A stretch of 64,000 bases of DNA, from contig CM120642.1 of assembly GCA_051362555.1 (NCBI GenBank), positions 26,598,001 to 26,662,000 on the forward strand, in the 5' to 3' direction. Each line of letters begins with the position of its first letter. Position 1 is the first letter of the stretch. A program made the position numbers and the translations under genes. Under the pieces are notes generated by a model. It did no database searches. It was not told the DNA's origin and saw nothing but the letters and a program-made list of their open reading frames with translations. Shown here piece by piece: positions 25,709 to 37,858 of this stretch. This DNA is from Lingula anatina (Eukaryota > Animalia > Brachiopoda).

Positions 25709-28084
25709 TGAAAAACTTGATTCTCTGAAATGATAAAATATCCTTTATAAGTTTTAAAGCCGTAAGTCATGTCGTCATTAAAGCAGAAACAGTCAGCAAT
25801 TTAAATGTCATTATCAAAATTCAATCTACTTTCTAATTTTTCTTTTTGATGACTTCAGTTCGTTAGGCGACATAGTTTCAAAGTTTATAAAATTACTTTT
25901 ATAAGATGAAAAAATGTATTAGTCATCACACATTTAGCATAAAGCTGCCATAATTAGCGTAGCTATTGTCAGTTTTATACGCACATGTATTGCCACTCTT
26001 TTCACAATGTTGATACCACCATTGGTTCAGAAGAATCCGCAGTAAAAATTCTTGCGAATGGAGCAATGGGATTGTCAATTAATGTGAAACAAAATCCGTA
26101 TGAAGAATACGAAAACAAACCCCCAATTTTCGTGTCGAGTAGACCACCGGTGTCACTTACTACGTTTACTTTTGTGTTTTTAATGCTAATATGCTAAAAT
26201 GAAAAAATTGCCTTAAATATTCTAAGCTTCAGCTTTCTCTTTCTTATAAACATGATTATATGTGATATATTTTATCTGTACTTATAATGCTTCGTTAAGT
26301 TTGGGTAAAATGCGAACATTTTTGTCGTTTTTAAGGAAGCGATAGGCAATGCACACGTTTCATTTTGTGTCCATTGTGTATGCTGAATAGGTTTCCGAAA
26401 CAAACTCGCTTACCAAGTAAACTCAGATTGTTTATTCAGGTCGCTATCACCCACGCGAAAAGGAAAATTTAATCTAGCACAATACTCCCTCGGGTTTGTC
26501 AAGGAAGTGATGGGACAAAAAGATATATTTGGTCGAGCCAAAATTCACTATTTAAAACGTCCACGGTTTGTTTTTCTATGTGCTAATACCAATTAAGACC
26601 TTTGGCGTTCATATTAAACCTATACCTTGGAAAAGACCGCTGGTTTTTACGCGTTTTTCTATTTTAGGGGGACCAAAGAGGAACAAATTTCCAAAGAGTC
26701 TACTTTAGAAACCGGTGAAGTAAAAAAAAAAAATAATAATAATAAAAAAATAATAAAAAATAAAGAGAGGGAGAGAGAGAAAGTGAGAGAGAAAGGTGCC
26801 AGTAACAATACCCTCAACTCCATTTTCTTTGTATTGTTTATGACAGATGTGAAAAAAGATTATTTACTCAAAATAAGAAATAAAATGAACAAATTTCCAT
26901 AAGCTGTGACAGCGTTGCGAATTCTTAGCTTTGTTGTTGGTCTTCCATACGCAGCACCATTCGCTATAAACTATCCTACATTCTATGGCAAAGCTTTAAC
27001 AGCATGTTATACAATGCAGCAAAAGATTTCTCTGGTTGTATTAAACACGTACTATAAAAGTTTATTTAACACAACTGCTAAGTTCAAGCTTATTTACACA
27101 GCGTCTATCCTTTTGTGAAGGTTACTTATTAAAGGAATGCGAATAAGACTTATCTCAGCTGTTGAATTGACAGAACTACTGTACTTATTATGTTGTTATT
27201 ATCTAATTCAAATCGTAATTATATTTCACATCTCAAAAATACTAAGTTTGCAGCCATGATGGGGATAAGGAGTGGGGTTTTCACAAAAGAACTGTCAATC
27301 TGCACATATTTTTACAATAATGGGACAATCACTTTTTTCCGTAAAATAAACATATTGTGTAATAATACCTTGCTTTATAACCGAATATTGCATAGGAAAA
27401 AAGTTACGACGATAGAAGCTGGGACAGATGAACAAAACGATAAAAGGCGTGGATAATTGAAGTTTTAAAAAACTAAATAAGTTCACATTCCTAATGAAAT
27501 ACACATAGTTGTTTGTTAACAAAAAAAAACTGCATAATAAGACCATATGCTATATCTTTTAATGAATATTGAATACGAAGATGGCCAATTTATCTCGAGA
27601 AAAAATATATATTATTCAATATCATATTTTTAATATGTAGAACTGCGTAGACGCTGCAGGTGTGTGAGAAATTGTAAAAAAATAATAAAAGTATAAAACT
27701 GAAAAATAAAAGTGCTTTACAGAAATCACCATGCACTAAATTTTGTCTTTGAAGGAGAGGACATGTATGTCTATCCATGGCGTCCATTGCTGCACGAGAT
27801 TCACTAATGCTTGAAAATATGTAGGCCTACCTCTAGTACCTCTAGTAGCTGTAACACCTGTAGCAAGCCTTAGTTTTACTAGCCTCGGTATAATAGCGTG
27901 GCTAAAGTTGATTGCATAATGATCTGCACTGCACGTGGTTCATAAAAAGCTTTTGACACATATGATACCTAGCAACTGTTATTGCCCGACATGTATAAAC
28001 CAAAACTAATACTTCAAATGGTTTTTCTTTTTTTAATGAGTCTGCGTATCAGTCAGACTCAAAACATGTCTATGTGACACTTAA

Positions 28085-28382
28085 AGGTCCACTACATGTG
28101 ATTTACCCGCTAAAATGGATTTTCCCTGAAAAATAAGCGATTTTCTTGTACCCGCGGATTACTTATCTATCCGTCAAAAATAAAGATTGGTTTTAGCTTA
28201 AAATGACTGGCCAGTCAGCGAGCATCTTCCTATTAATTCCATAGGAAATATCAACATCAGGTACGCCCCAGAAAAAATAGATCTAAAGGCTTAATCATTT
28301 AAGGTGAATGTAAAGATTTATAAGAAGCTGTGGATGGCAAAAATAAGCAATTTGGGGATTTTCAAACCCATGGAGTGTACCT
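28085..28382. mobile_element. Kolobok-like non-autonomous element (TTAA TSD)
   Basis: TTAA|AGGTCCACTACATG ... CATGGAGTGTACCT|TTAA: imperfect TIRs with AGG/CCT ends and a TTAA duplication. Confidence 0.6.
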
Positions 28383-28435
28383 TTAATTAATTGTAATACA
28401 TATCAACCGTTCTGGAACCGTTCTGGGCCATATTC

Positions 28436-31400
28436 TTATCCAGAGGCAAACATTGCAATGCTACATATTATGGCCACTACCAGAAATGTTAGGAAAAACA
28501 GACGGTCAATAACGGCAGCCAAAGTGAACCACTCATTCATGGAAGGCCCGCCATGGGTTATGTGCACGTGATCATCTTTGACATCACTTCCGTCTAAACC
28601 GTCGCCATGGTTTTCAAGCTCGTTGAAGGTCACCATCTCGCGATCCCGTGTCGATGATGGGGTAACACGAAGGATTCTACCCAGCACGTTTAGGAAGATC
28701 TGGAAATAAATGATAAAAGAAATGGCATTAACAACGGTCTTTTCGGTCTTATAACAGAAAGTCGTTTCTACTGATGCGCTGAAATTGAAACTCGACATTC
28801 GTAAAAGTCCGCCATAAATGGGACTTCATAGCACATTAACAACTTTAAGCACTTACGGTATGAACCGATCTTTTTTACCCTTATCCGCCACATTGAGAAT
28901 AATTGTAGACACCAGAATTGAAAAGGCGGTCAATAAATGATAAGAGGAATGGCATTTAGGTCTTTTTATGCATGATTCTACTTTAGGCCTGCCCTATAGA
29001 AATGGGGGCAAATGGGACTGAATTCAATTCTTGCATAGGCCTATATACTTACAACTCTTAGCACTTTGGGTACGAAGCGATCTTTTTTACCCTTATCCAC
29101 CACGTTAAGGATAATTGTGGACATCAGAATTGAAAAGGCGGTCAATACCATCGTGGCCACGTAATATAAAGCTAAAATAAAATTGGAAAATAAGGTTAAA
29201 CTGCTGTAATCAAATTTTGTTTAAACTTCAAAACTTAACAATAATTATTTAAGTTAAATTATCAATGTACAAGCTTAGTAATTCCATTCATGGTTCCAAT
29301 TTGTATATAATTCGCATAACTGAAGGTCCAACCAGCAGTTTTCAATGTCCATAGGCCTTTGAGGTCAACATACCAATGATGGGCACATTGTTCGCCGCAA
29401 ACATGTTGTCCTCCAAAATCTCAAGAAGCAAAGTCAGAGACACAAAAATACCAATCCCTGGAATAAGATGCAATACGCAATAATCGTTATGCAGCAACTG
29501 TACAAAACGTCACATACTGTTTTGCTTTAATTGTGGCAAATTTGTCGTGATTCCATTTCGACAATTTAAATATAACTTCGTAGAAAAGCAGACCTGATAG
29601 ACGGGGCTATAAAGAAAGTCGACATTTATTCGATTCAGTCGCCAGCATACTACATGTATGTAGGTGATATGCATGTGCTGATACGGAAAATTTTGTATTC
29701 TGAGTCACAAGTTGAATGTCAACATTTGGTTATGTTGGAAAAGATGACTCCTCTGATACAAAACACGTGACTTTTTATTTAATTTGTTCGATTTTCACTT
29801 TACGCCCGACTTCATACCCAGCTTTAAAGTTACACGTCAGAGACGCAAACCGAGATTTTTCCTTAAAAGTAATGAATATACTATCACAGGAAACAGCTAC
29901 ATTTTAGAAATATTAAAAAAGTAGAAATGCACGTACAGAATAACTTTCTAGTTGAATTTTGACAAAAAGGTCCCAAAAACTTTTGGGTCTATGAATAGAA
30001 TAGTTTCAGTTTACAACTTGGTAGAAGAATGGCACCAGAGAATACTAGCATATTTTCAGCAACATCTAAAAACTAAACAAGGCAATCTTTGTCCGTCAAA
30101 AATTTACTAACCCAAAGTCACTTTCTCTGGAGCACTAGTGGGCAGCAGGAACACCACCGGAGTCAGGAAAGCGAGAAGCACACAGGGTGCAGTGAAGACG
30201 TGCGTGTAGTAAGTGGACCTTCTGCTTATCTTGATGACAATCTGTGCTGCAGGATATTTCTCATCACCCGGTAGTTGCCAATTTTCTTGCGTTCCTTCGA
30301 CACTGTCTATGTTCCATTCTAGGCTTTCCTGTAGAAACTGGGACCTGCCACCGCCCCATGCACCTAATATCTTGATTCCGAGCTGTTAACAAATACATAT
30401 TCAACTTAGAAATTGACTTGTTTTATAATGCAAGCAAACTACATTCTGTCCCGGAGTATATGTCTCCCGCCCTTAACCTTAAGAGAACATGTAATCATTT
30501 ATGAATTTATAAGTACTTATTCAAAATTTCATTTTACGTGAAGTCAAGTGTAAGGAATGTGTTTAACCGTTTACAGAATATGTAGTATTTAAATGGAATA
30601 CTTTAGGAAAATTATGAATGTGGGCCTTCACGAAGTTTTGGTCGATTACTACTCGGAATTTGAAAGAGATACTAAGTAGATTCGTCAAAAATCTCTCTCT
30701 AAATAGGAAACACTTGCCAATGCAGATGTAAAAGAGAAATGCATCAGTAGTTTTGCTTTTTACAGCTTGGTTCTTACTGTAGATAGATATTGTCGTCTTG
30801 CACAAGGAACAATGCTGTAGCTATGGAAAATTGGGTCTATGGCAAATGAATGTCCGACCACATTAGTCATAAGCTTAGTATGTAGGCGGTGGGGGTGGGG
30901 GTAAGAAGAATTCTCCCTGTCACCTTAGCTTACTTTGTTCTGAATAGTAAGCACCTTCCCCAAGAATCAGTATAGGCCATAAATGAAATACCAAAGTTTC
31001 CTTTTCAACCAAGATTATAGTAGACGGCCATATAAACATTTTCGCTTCAGACAAAAAAAGTTAGCATATCTTAAAATGAAATGAAAAAGTTCTAGTTAGT
31101 ATTGCTAGCCTACCTTTGAAGCGTCTTGTCTGTAGGACATAATCCACAGATAACATGTATGACTATCATACGGGAAACGGTACACGTCCAACGTGCAGAA
31201 TGTCCTCATCGTGTAACTGATTCCCCATCGGACCTGGCCATTCGACTGCACGTGCATTTCGTTATTCATATCGTACCATTCTTCAGCTCTAGAATGATGA
31301 AAAATGCTGAGTGTAATAAAGAAACTAAGAAATGCAAAACCTTTTAAAGCAAGCAAATTTGAATAACGTCTTACTTACACCTAATTTTATATTGATAAAA

Positions 31401-31463
31401 TGTTATTTTCATGATAACTGGATTTGTCAGATGATATCAAGTCGGGGCAGTGTGTACGGTATA

Positions 31464-31508
<45 letters not shown>

Positions 31509-34500
31509 AAGCGGTATTACTATAAGGAGAGTTGGAACAATTTCTGCAACCAAATATTTCCTAAGTTTTTTCAGCACGAAAAAAATCCAATCGAAATGTG
31601 TTCACTTTCTTTAACTTTAATATGTTAACTGAAACAAAGCTGCAATAGTCTCAAAGCTGCATCAGAGTTTCGAAGGCGAATATCTTCATCGTAGTCACTT
31701 AAGCTACAATAATATGTCAAAATTATTTCAATTTTATGAAAGTGAGTACCTATTGGCTATCAAAAATGCTGGTTTCCAAACCCTATCACTGGGAACTTCA
31801 GTCTTATTAATCCCTCCAAAATGAGCAGGGTCCCATGCAAGCTCCTCATCCACCCAACGCTTAAAAATGATTAGAAATACAGATATAAATAAAAGAGAAT
31901 TTTGATCGATATTACGCAGAATGTAACACAGTTGAAAATATTGAATAAAAGTCTACCCGTTTTAAGTTTATGCAAAACTTATCTAGCCGTTACAAAGATT
32001 CCCTTTTCAACTGTCCCGCGAAATACTAAATGCTATCGAAAGAATGAACTTTATGTAGTTAGTTCTGATTTTTCATCTGAGAGCAGAACTTAGGTACCTT
32101 CAGCATGAGGAAAGTGGAGACCATGGTGTGAGTTTTAAAATCCTGCAAAAATGAAAGAAACTTAAAACCGACAAAAATAGTTCCGAATACTCAACTGAAA
32201 AAAAAAACGAAGACAAATTGAAAGTAACTTCAAATTAAAGTTGAAATACAATTTATTCTTAGCATTTACTATTGATCGGCAACAATAAAGAATACACACA
32301 CAGATAAAACGCCGAAGAGAACATCCTCACGACAACTCACGAACGCATTATTATTATTATCAAAAAAGATCCAAAAGCCAAAAGCCAAAATTGATATCAT
32401 GAAGTCGTTCATAACCTTTAAAATGTTTGAAATTGCGAAATTGATATTTAGTCTTTAATTAAAAAAAGAGCATCCTAAGTGGCCATAGATTAACGCTTTC
32501 TATATTCACCAAATATTGGCCGCCAATATTTCATTTTTTTACTTTTAATTTACTTATAATCTTGCATACTCACAACATCAGTAACTCGAAGGACTCCTAC
32601 GTACATTCCCACCGTAATCATAGGGTCATTGTAATCGTACGACGTGTTCCTTCTTAGTTTTGGCACGGGCATTACATCAGGAACGTAATCATCCACCAAG
32701 TAATGATATAATCTACGCTCATTTGAAACTTCAACACCCAGACGTTTATCTGAAATGAAATGTAATTGAATGACAAAAAAAAAAGTTTTAAGCAAAATTT
32801 TATAATTTTATCGTCGATAAGTATTTGTTAGCATAAATTGGCATACATACAGTGTAACTGTTAGGTGCACTGGAATGGTCACTAATGTAATATAACGGAT
32901 TCCTTATATTACATAAATGAAATTTTTAAATTTCAAAAATTTCAGATCTTAAAAGATCTGGTAGAATATGAAGCTCAACCAGTATAGTTGTGTAGATCAA
33001 CTGATCAACGCTTAATTAGTAGAAAACACTTTCTCAATATGTATATTATACCACTGTAAAAAAGTTTAATTCAAATAAACGTGGTCAACATTTCTCATCG
33101 ACTAATATACTAATATGACTAATATGGTTATCATCCCAAAGGGTTTTAACCCTTCAGGAGTCGATTGGATTTGACAGTTCTACTCCATCTGATATCTAGT
33201 GAGGAAAAAACAAAGAGTACCAACTTACCCATTCTCAATCGAAATTCAATATTGAAAATGATATTCGGGTAGGGCTCAGGGCAGCATGCGTAAAACTTAT
33301 TTTCTCTCCTTGGTTTTACAGATATAACTTCCCACACCTTGTTCTGCACAAGGTCAGTCATGGAATTCGAATATGGACTGACCAGAACGTTGATCTACAA
33401 TAGAGTAAAAATCCAGTTAACCACCTTGTACAACAGAGAGGCATAGTCGCCCACCGTGTATGCACCACGAGCAAGGGAAAGCATGTCAAAAGGATGATTC
33501 CACGTTCAGGCATTCTAAGTGAAAGGAATAAAAGGTAATTTGCAATAACTATTTGCTTAAGGCAAAAACGTATATGTTCTCTATTGATAAAAAGACATTT
33601 AGGGAACATTTCCTGGTATTCTGTGCAAGAGCTTCAATGCAAATTTAACAGCACAATTAGAATTTCCCATCTGACCTTGGGAAATGGGCCAAAGCTTTAA
33701 GCATTAGGTCAGAAAGCTTAAATCTAAATATTTCTTTTTCTGTCCAATTCGAACCGAAATTTATATAATCACAGGCTAATCTTATATTTTCGGATATGCT
33801 TAAACCTTAAACCTCGTACATGTATATTGCCATAAATTTTATCTTTTGCAGTGCAATGCTTCGTTTTGATAGCTGACAAAAAGTACAAATATAAAAAACG
33901 GCAGCTTTCCCCTTTGTTGGGATTAATGGTCATTACAAGAATTCTATTAGTTTCATGTGTTGTGCAGCACGTGTGATTGAAGGATTCCGAAGCTTCGCTT
34001 GAACAAAATCACCATCCCACTTCCCCTTTGTGGGTGTAAGGCGGCACAAATCAGACCTACGTTCGGCTTGAATAGCAATTAAACACTACTCATAGTATCA
34101 TTATATCGATACATCTCCAGATAGAATCCATAACAGATACCAAAAATAGAATATTTAAGGACAGCCCCATAATCTCTTGCGTACATGCATTCTTTAGGTT
34201 TTCTTGAGGTATAATATGAAACCTTTCGAGGACCAACTTTAACCCCGTCATTAACCCACCTAAAACCCGTCGTGAACCCGCTTTTATCCCATCATGAACT
34301 TACCTGAAACCCGTCGTGAACCCACTTTAACCCCGTCATTAACCTACCTAAAACCCGTCGTGAACCCGCTTTAACCCCGTCATGAACTTACCTGAAACCC
34401 GTCGTGAGCCCAGGATCCAAACTTAATTTCGCAATTACGATTCGAGTAGGTTGCTGATTTGCTGGGATCCAGGTCGCAGTATACAGTATAAGAGTGAGAG

Positions 34501-37500
34501 GGAATGTACAAAACACTCCCATCAGCATAGGCTAATATTTTCAAAATAGACAAGGAGGGTCCATCTTCGGCATCTGACTCACCAGCAACGTGACTGAAAT
34601 AAGGAAATTCGGTCAATGAGCACCATGTAAGGTTGGAAGGAGCGCCATGTGGTCCGGCGGAGTAATATGCTGTAACTGGCCGTGACAGATGACTTTAAAA
34701 CGATTTAAAACGACACGACAAAACAATATCTAAAGTAAATGTAGATCTTACTTGTACACAGAAATATCTGGCATCCATACTTGGTCTTTATCTAGCGTTA
34801 TCTTAGACAGACCCTGGTATTCAGCAGGATTCCAAGCCAAGCGTTCGTCTTTCCACCCCTGCAAAAGGTGACAGCAGAGATTTCCATATAACAGTTATCA
34901 ATAAAATTACTAATCGTCAGTCATTTGTTTGCATGGCGTAATCGTACAATGGTATAGTTGTACGAATATTCACGCATCTGTTGATAGTTTCTTCGTGAAA
35001 ATTCGAAGCGGTCTCTTGGGCAGTCATTATGTTTGTCTGATATTGCGGACCATTACATGTTTAAAAAGAACTGGCGTGTTTAATGTGCATAGGTAAGGAA
35101 TGGCCTATTCTAAAATAAAATTATGTCCGATGCGCGTGGACCTGATAATCGGTATTACAGGCGCGGGTAATTAGAGAAACTACAATTCCAAATTTGGTTG
35201 TCCTTGACAGACCATGTTTTTAAAGGTCTAATTAAGAATCGTATGGGGAAAAGATACATGAAGAAGTAGGGAAACCGTTGTTACCTCCGCCAAGGAGGTT
35301 ATGTTTTCACCCCTGTTTGTCTGTTTGTTTGTTTGTTTGTCATCAACATAACTCAAAAAGTTATGGACCGATTTTGATGAAAGTTTCAGGAACTGTCAGA
35401 AGTGGGCCAAGGAAGAGATGATTAGTTTTTGGTGGTGATCCGGATCAAAAATCAATAATAATAAAAAATCGCTGCCTTGGCGGAGGTCTGCGCTCTCGGA
35501 GTGCTTTTCTAGTTGAGTATTCTTTTTTATTCGAAAGCGACTTACCAGCTGAAGAAAAGCGCGGATAGTTATCTTCCCGCCAACAATATCCTGCAATCGT
35601 AAAAAAAAATATGCAAACACGTGCACACGCATATTGTACATCATTAACATAGACTCAGGTTTCAGATTTGAATTACTTTTCTATATTCATATAGTAAACT
35701 GCATAAAACCTAAGTCAAAAGCACGCTATAGCAAGACGCAATATATGCCTTCATACAACCTACATACAATTTTTTTTCTGTTTTATTCTAGGCTTCCTGT
35801 GCAAAGATGAATACAAAAATTGTTGGCAAGCACATCACATCATCGTCATGCCTGAATATAAAATGGATAGACATTTCTGATTTCTGCTTATAACAAAATG
35901 GTGTGATTTTATAGTAGAAAAAATTAGTGAAGATATAAATATAAATATAAATAAAATGTGCTACTGTACCGAATGCAGTCATGTTCTTTGGGCAAATGGA
36001 CCAACACGTACAAACCTTTCAACATATCGGAGAGCGATACAAATAAATAAAGTTAAAAAAACAAGATCACTTACTACATTGTCAATAGATATCTGACTCA
36101 GTCCAATGGTAACATTAGTAACCGTATTGTTATGATAGCGGATATTTTTGTCGTATGCTTGGTCATCAAAGATATGCTTCATTACCGCCTGCTCCGTGAC
36201 GTTATGAATGATTGCTGTTGCTGGACCTGTGAGGAGATAATAAGAAAAAAAATACCCAGGATAGCATATCTACGATATATATGGACTTTATCATAGCATT
36301 CCAAACTCTGTTGTCAACCCTTCCATCATTGGAAGATCTGCAAAATGATACTTGCTGATGACACGATTTTATTTTTGTATTTTTATTTATTAATTTATTT
36401 ATTATTATCATTATTATTGCAAAACCCTCAGGTGACGGTAAATCAACGTTAATTGACGATTGTTGCGATATAACGTAGTCTTCAGGTGAACTTTTCATCT
36501 GTTGACACCAGTTTGGATTTCATACTTATTTACATTTCCTTGTTACTAATGTATAGTTTCAATACTAGCACATGGATCGGAAGTTTGGGGATTCTCTGAC
36601 AATAGGGATCACGAAAGGTTATGTGTGAAACTTTACGGTATTAGTTAGTGGTTCATTGCTTCACCCTAAGTTTAGTCTTTACGGTATATCAGGTATGGTA
36701 AAAGGATATAAGCATTTAAAGGTTATGGTACTGTCTGATAAATATTCAAACAGAAGAATTATATCATTTTATCGGAGAATACAAATTAAAGGAAATGAGA
36801 TGGTACTCTGGCGTAAGTGAATAATGAAAATGGAGAGAAGCTCTCTGGGGCAATCAAATATAAAATATGTTAAAACTAAGGTAGAATAAATAAAGACTCT
36901 ACATGCCATTTTTCGTGATACACGAATGAATAATTTATCAATTTCACAAAGTAAGTGTTGTTCAGTTTTTTAATTCTTTGCAAATTTCATAATTTTATTT
37001 TCTGCCACAGTGTAAAATCCCCTGCCTCTAATACGATATACGGCTACTCACACATGCCCTGAAATTGTTTGTCCTCATGAGCTATTTGCTTTCTTTATCT
37101 TTCAGTAAATTTACAATGACTGCATTACTTTAGCTTGGCCCGGAAGAATATTTAAAGAACGGTTTATTTATCCCCCAGTCAAGTCAGTCAATTTATTCAT
37201 GTGCTCTTCAGTGCATAGAACCTACTCTTTGTACACGCCAATCGTTTTCTGTGCGTATCGACAATACCCATGATTTATTATTTGTATCAGGTCTAGGCTC
37301 TCAGCTACCATGCGTAAGGTAGGATGAGCAGCAGTAGTGCGTTAAACAACGATCTGATCTCAGAGCACGGAGGTGGTTATAACGTGTTGGGGACTTTAAT
37401 CGAGACGTCGAGAGTGCAAAGAGAATTATTTCTAGGTCCGAAACCATCCCACACGACCACGCCTTAAAATGTTTAATTTCTCACATGTACTATTCTCGCT

Positions 37501-37858
37501 CAATATGAAACCGCTGTCAAGTCGTTGTCTGTACTTAATACTATTAGCCTTAATAACTTGAGTTATCCTCACAACCTATGCATGTGTAATATTCTAATAT
37601 AATAATAGTCTAATATAATAATTTTCTTGTACGAGCGGTCGCATACACTATACGACTCATCTTATTCATTCCTTTTTGCAAAATTCAGTAAAGTTTATTG
37701 CAGAGATTGTTGAGCTCTGCAAGAGAATAGCGTGCGACTTGTGTAATGGTAAACAAGTCAATATATCCATGCGTGTGAGTAAAAAGTCGATACCAAATGT
37801 ACTCACCTGTGCTAACTAGGAAGCACACTATTGCTAGCTGCAGCGGTACCATGGTCAT
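28436..37858 (-). CDS. Cys-loop (nicotinic acetylcholine receptor-like) pentameric ligand-gated ion channel subunit with two tandem extracellular ligand-binding domains; ~650 aa, 14 coding exons
   Basis: Exons 37858-37807 (signal peptide), 36226-36075, 35590-35546, 34858-34752, 34593-34392, 33394-33229 [ECD1: WKDERLAWNP, WMPDISVYN, C-x14-C, KFGSWAHDG, FYACCPEPY]; 32749-32574, 32142-32098, 31859-31750, 31288-31114, 30382-30112 [ECD2: WVDEELAWDP, CTLDVYRFPYDSHTC; M1]; 29457-29374 (M2), 29171-29053 (M3), 28699-28436 (loop, M4 WFTLAAVIDRLFF). All phases are compatible. Confidence 0.9.
28839..28935 (-). pseudogene. Degenerate intronic duplicate of the M3 exon of the channel gene
   Basis: Reads LTAFSILVSTIILNVADKGKKDRFIP*VLKV versus the functional LTAFSILMSTIILNVVDKGKKDRFVPKVLRV. 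In-frame TAA; the original acceptor and 5' part are missing. Confidence 0.75.
31467..31505. repeat. (TA)n microsatellite
   Basis: Direct reading. Confidence 0.9.
34237..34407. repeat. ~44-bp minisatellite (about 4 units) derived from the exon end/5' splice site of an ECD1 exon
   Basis: Repeats of ...AACTTACCTGAAACCCGTCGTGAACCCGCTTTAACCCCGTCAT...; a second intact CAG|GTAAGT donor at 34304, 88 nt beyond the real donor at 34392. Confidence 0.85.
35278..35514. mobile_element. DINE-1/Helentron-associated non-autonomous element (HINE)
   Basis: Subterminal inverted repeats ACCTCCGCCAAGG ... CCTTGGCGGAGGT, internal (GTTT/GTCT)n microsatellite, 3' hairpin GCGCTCTCGGAGTGC followed by TTTTCTAGTT. Confidence 0.75.
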
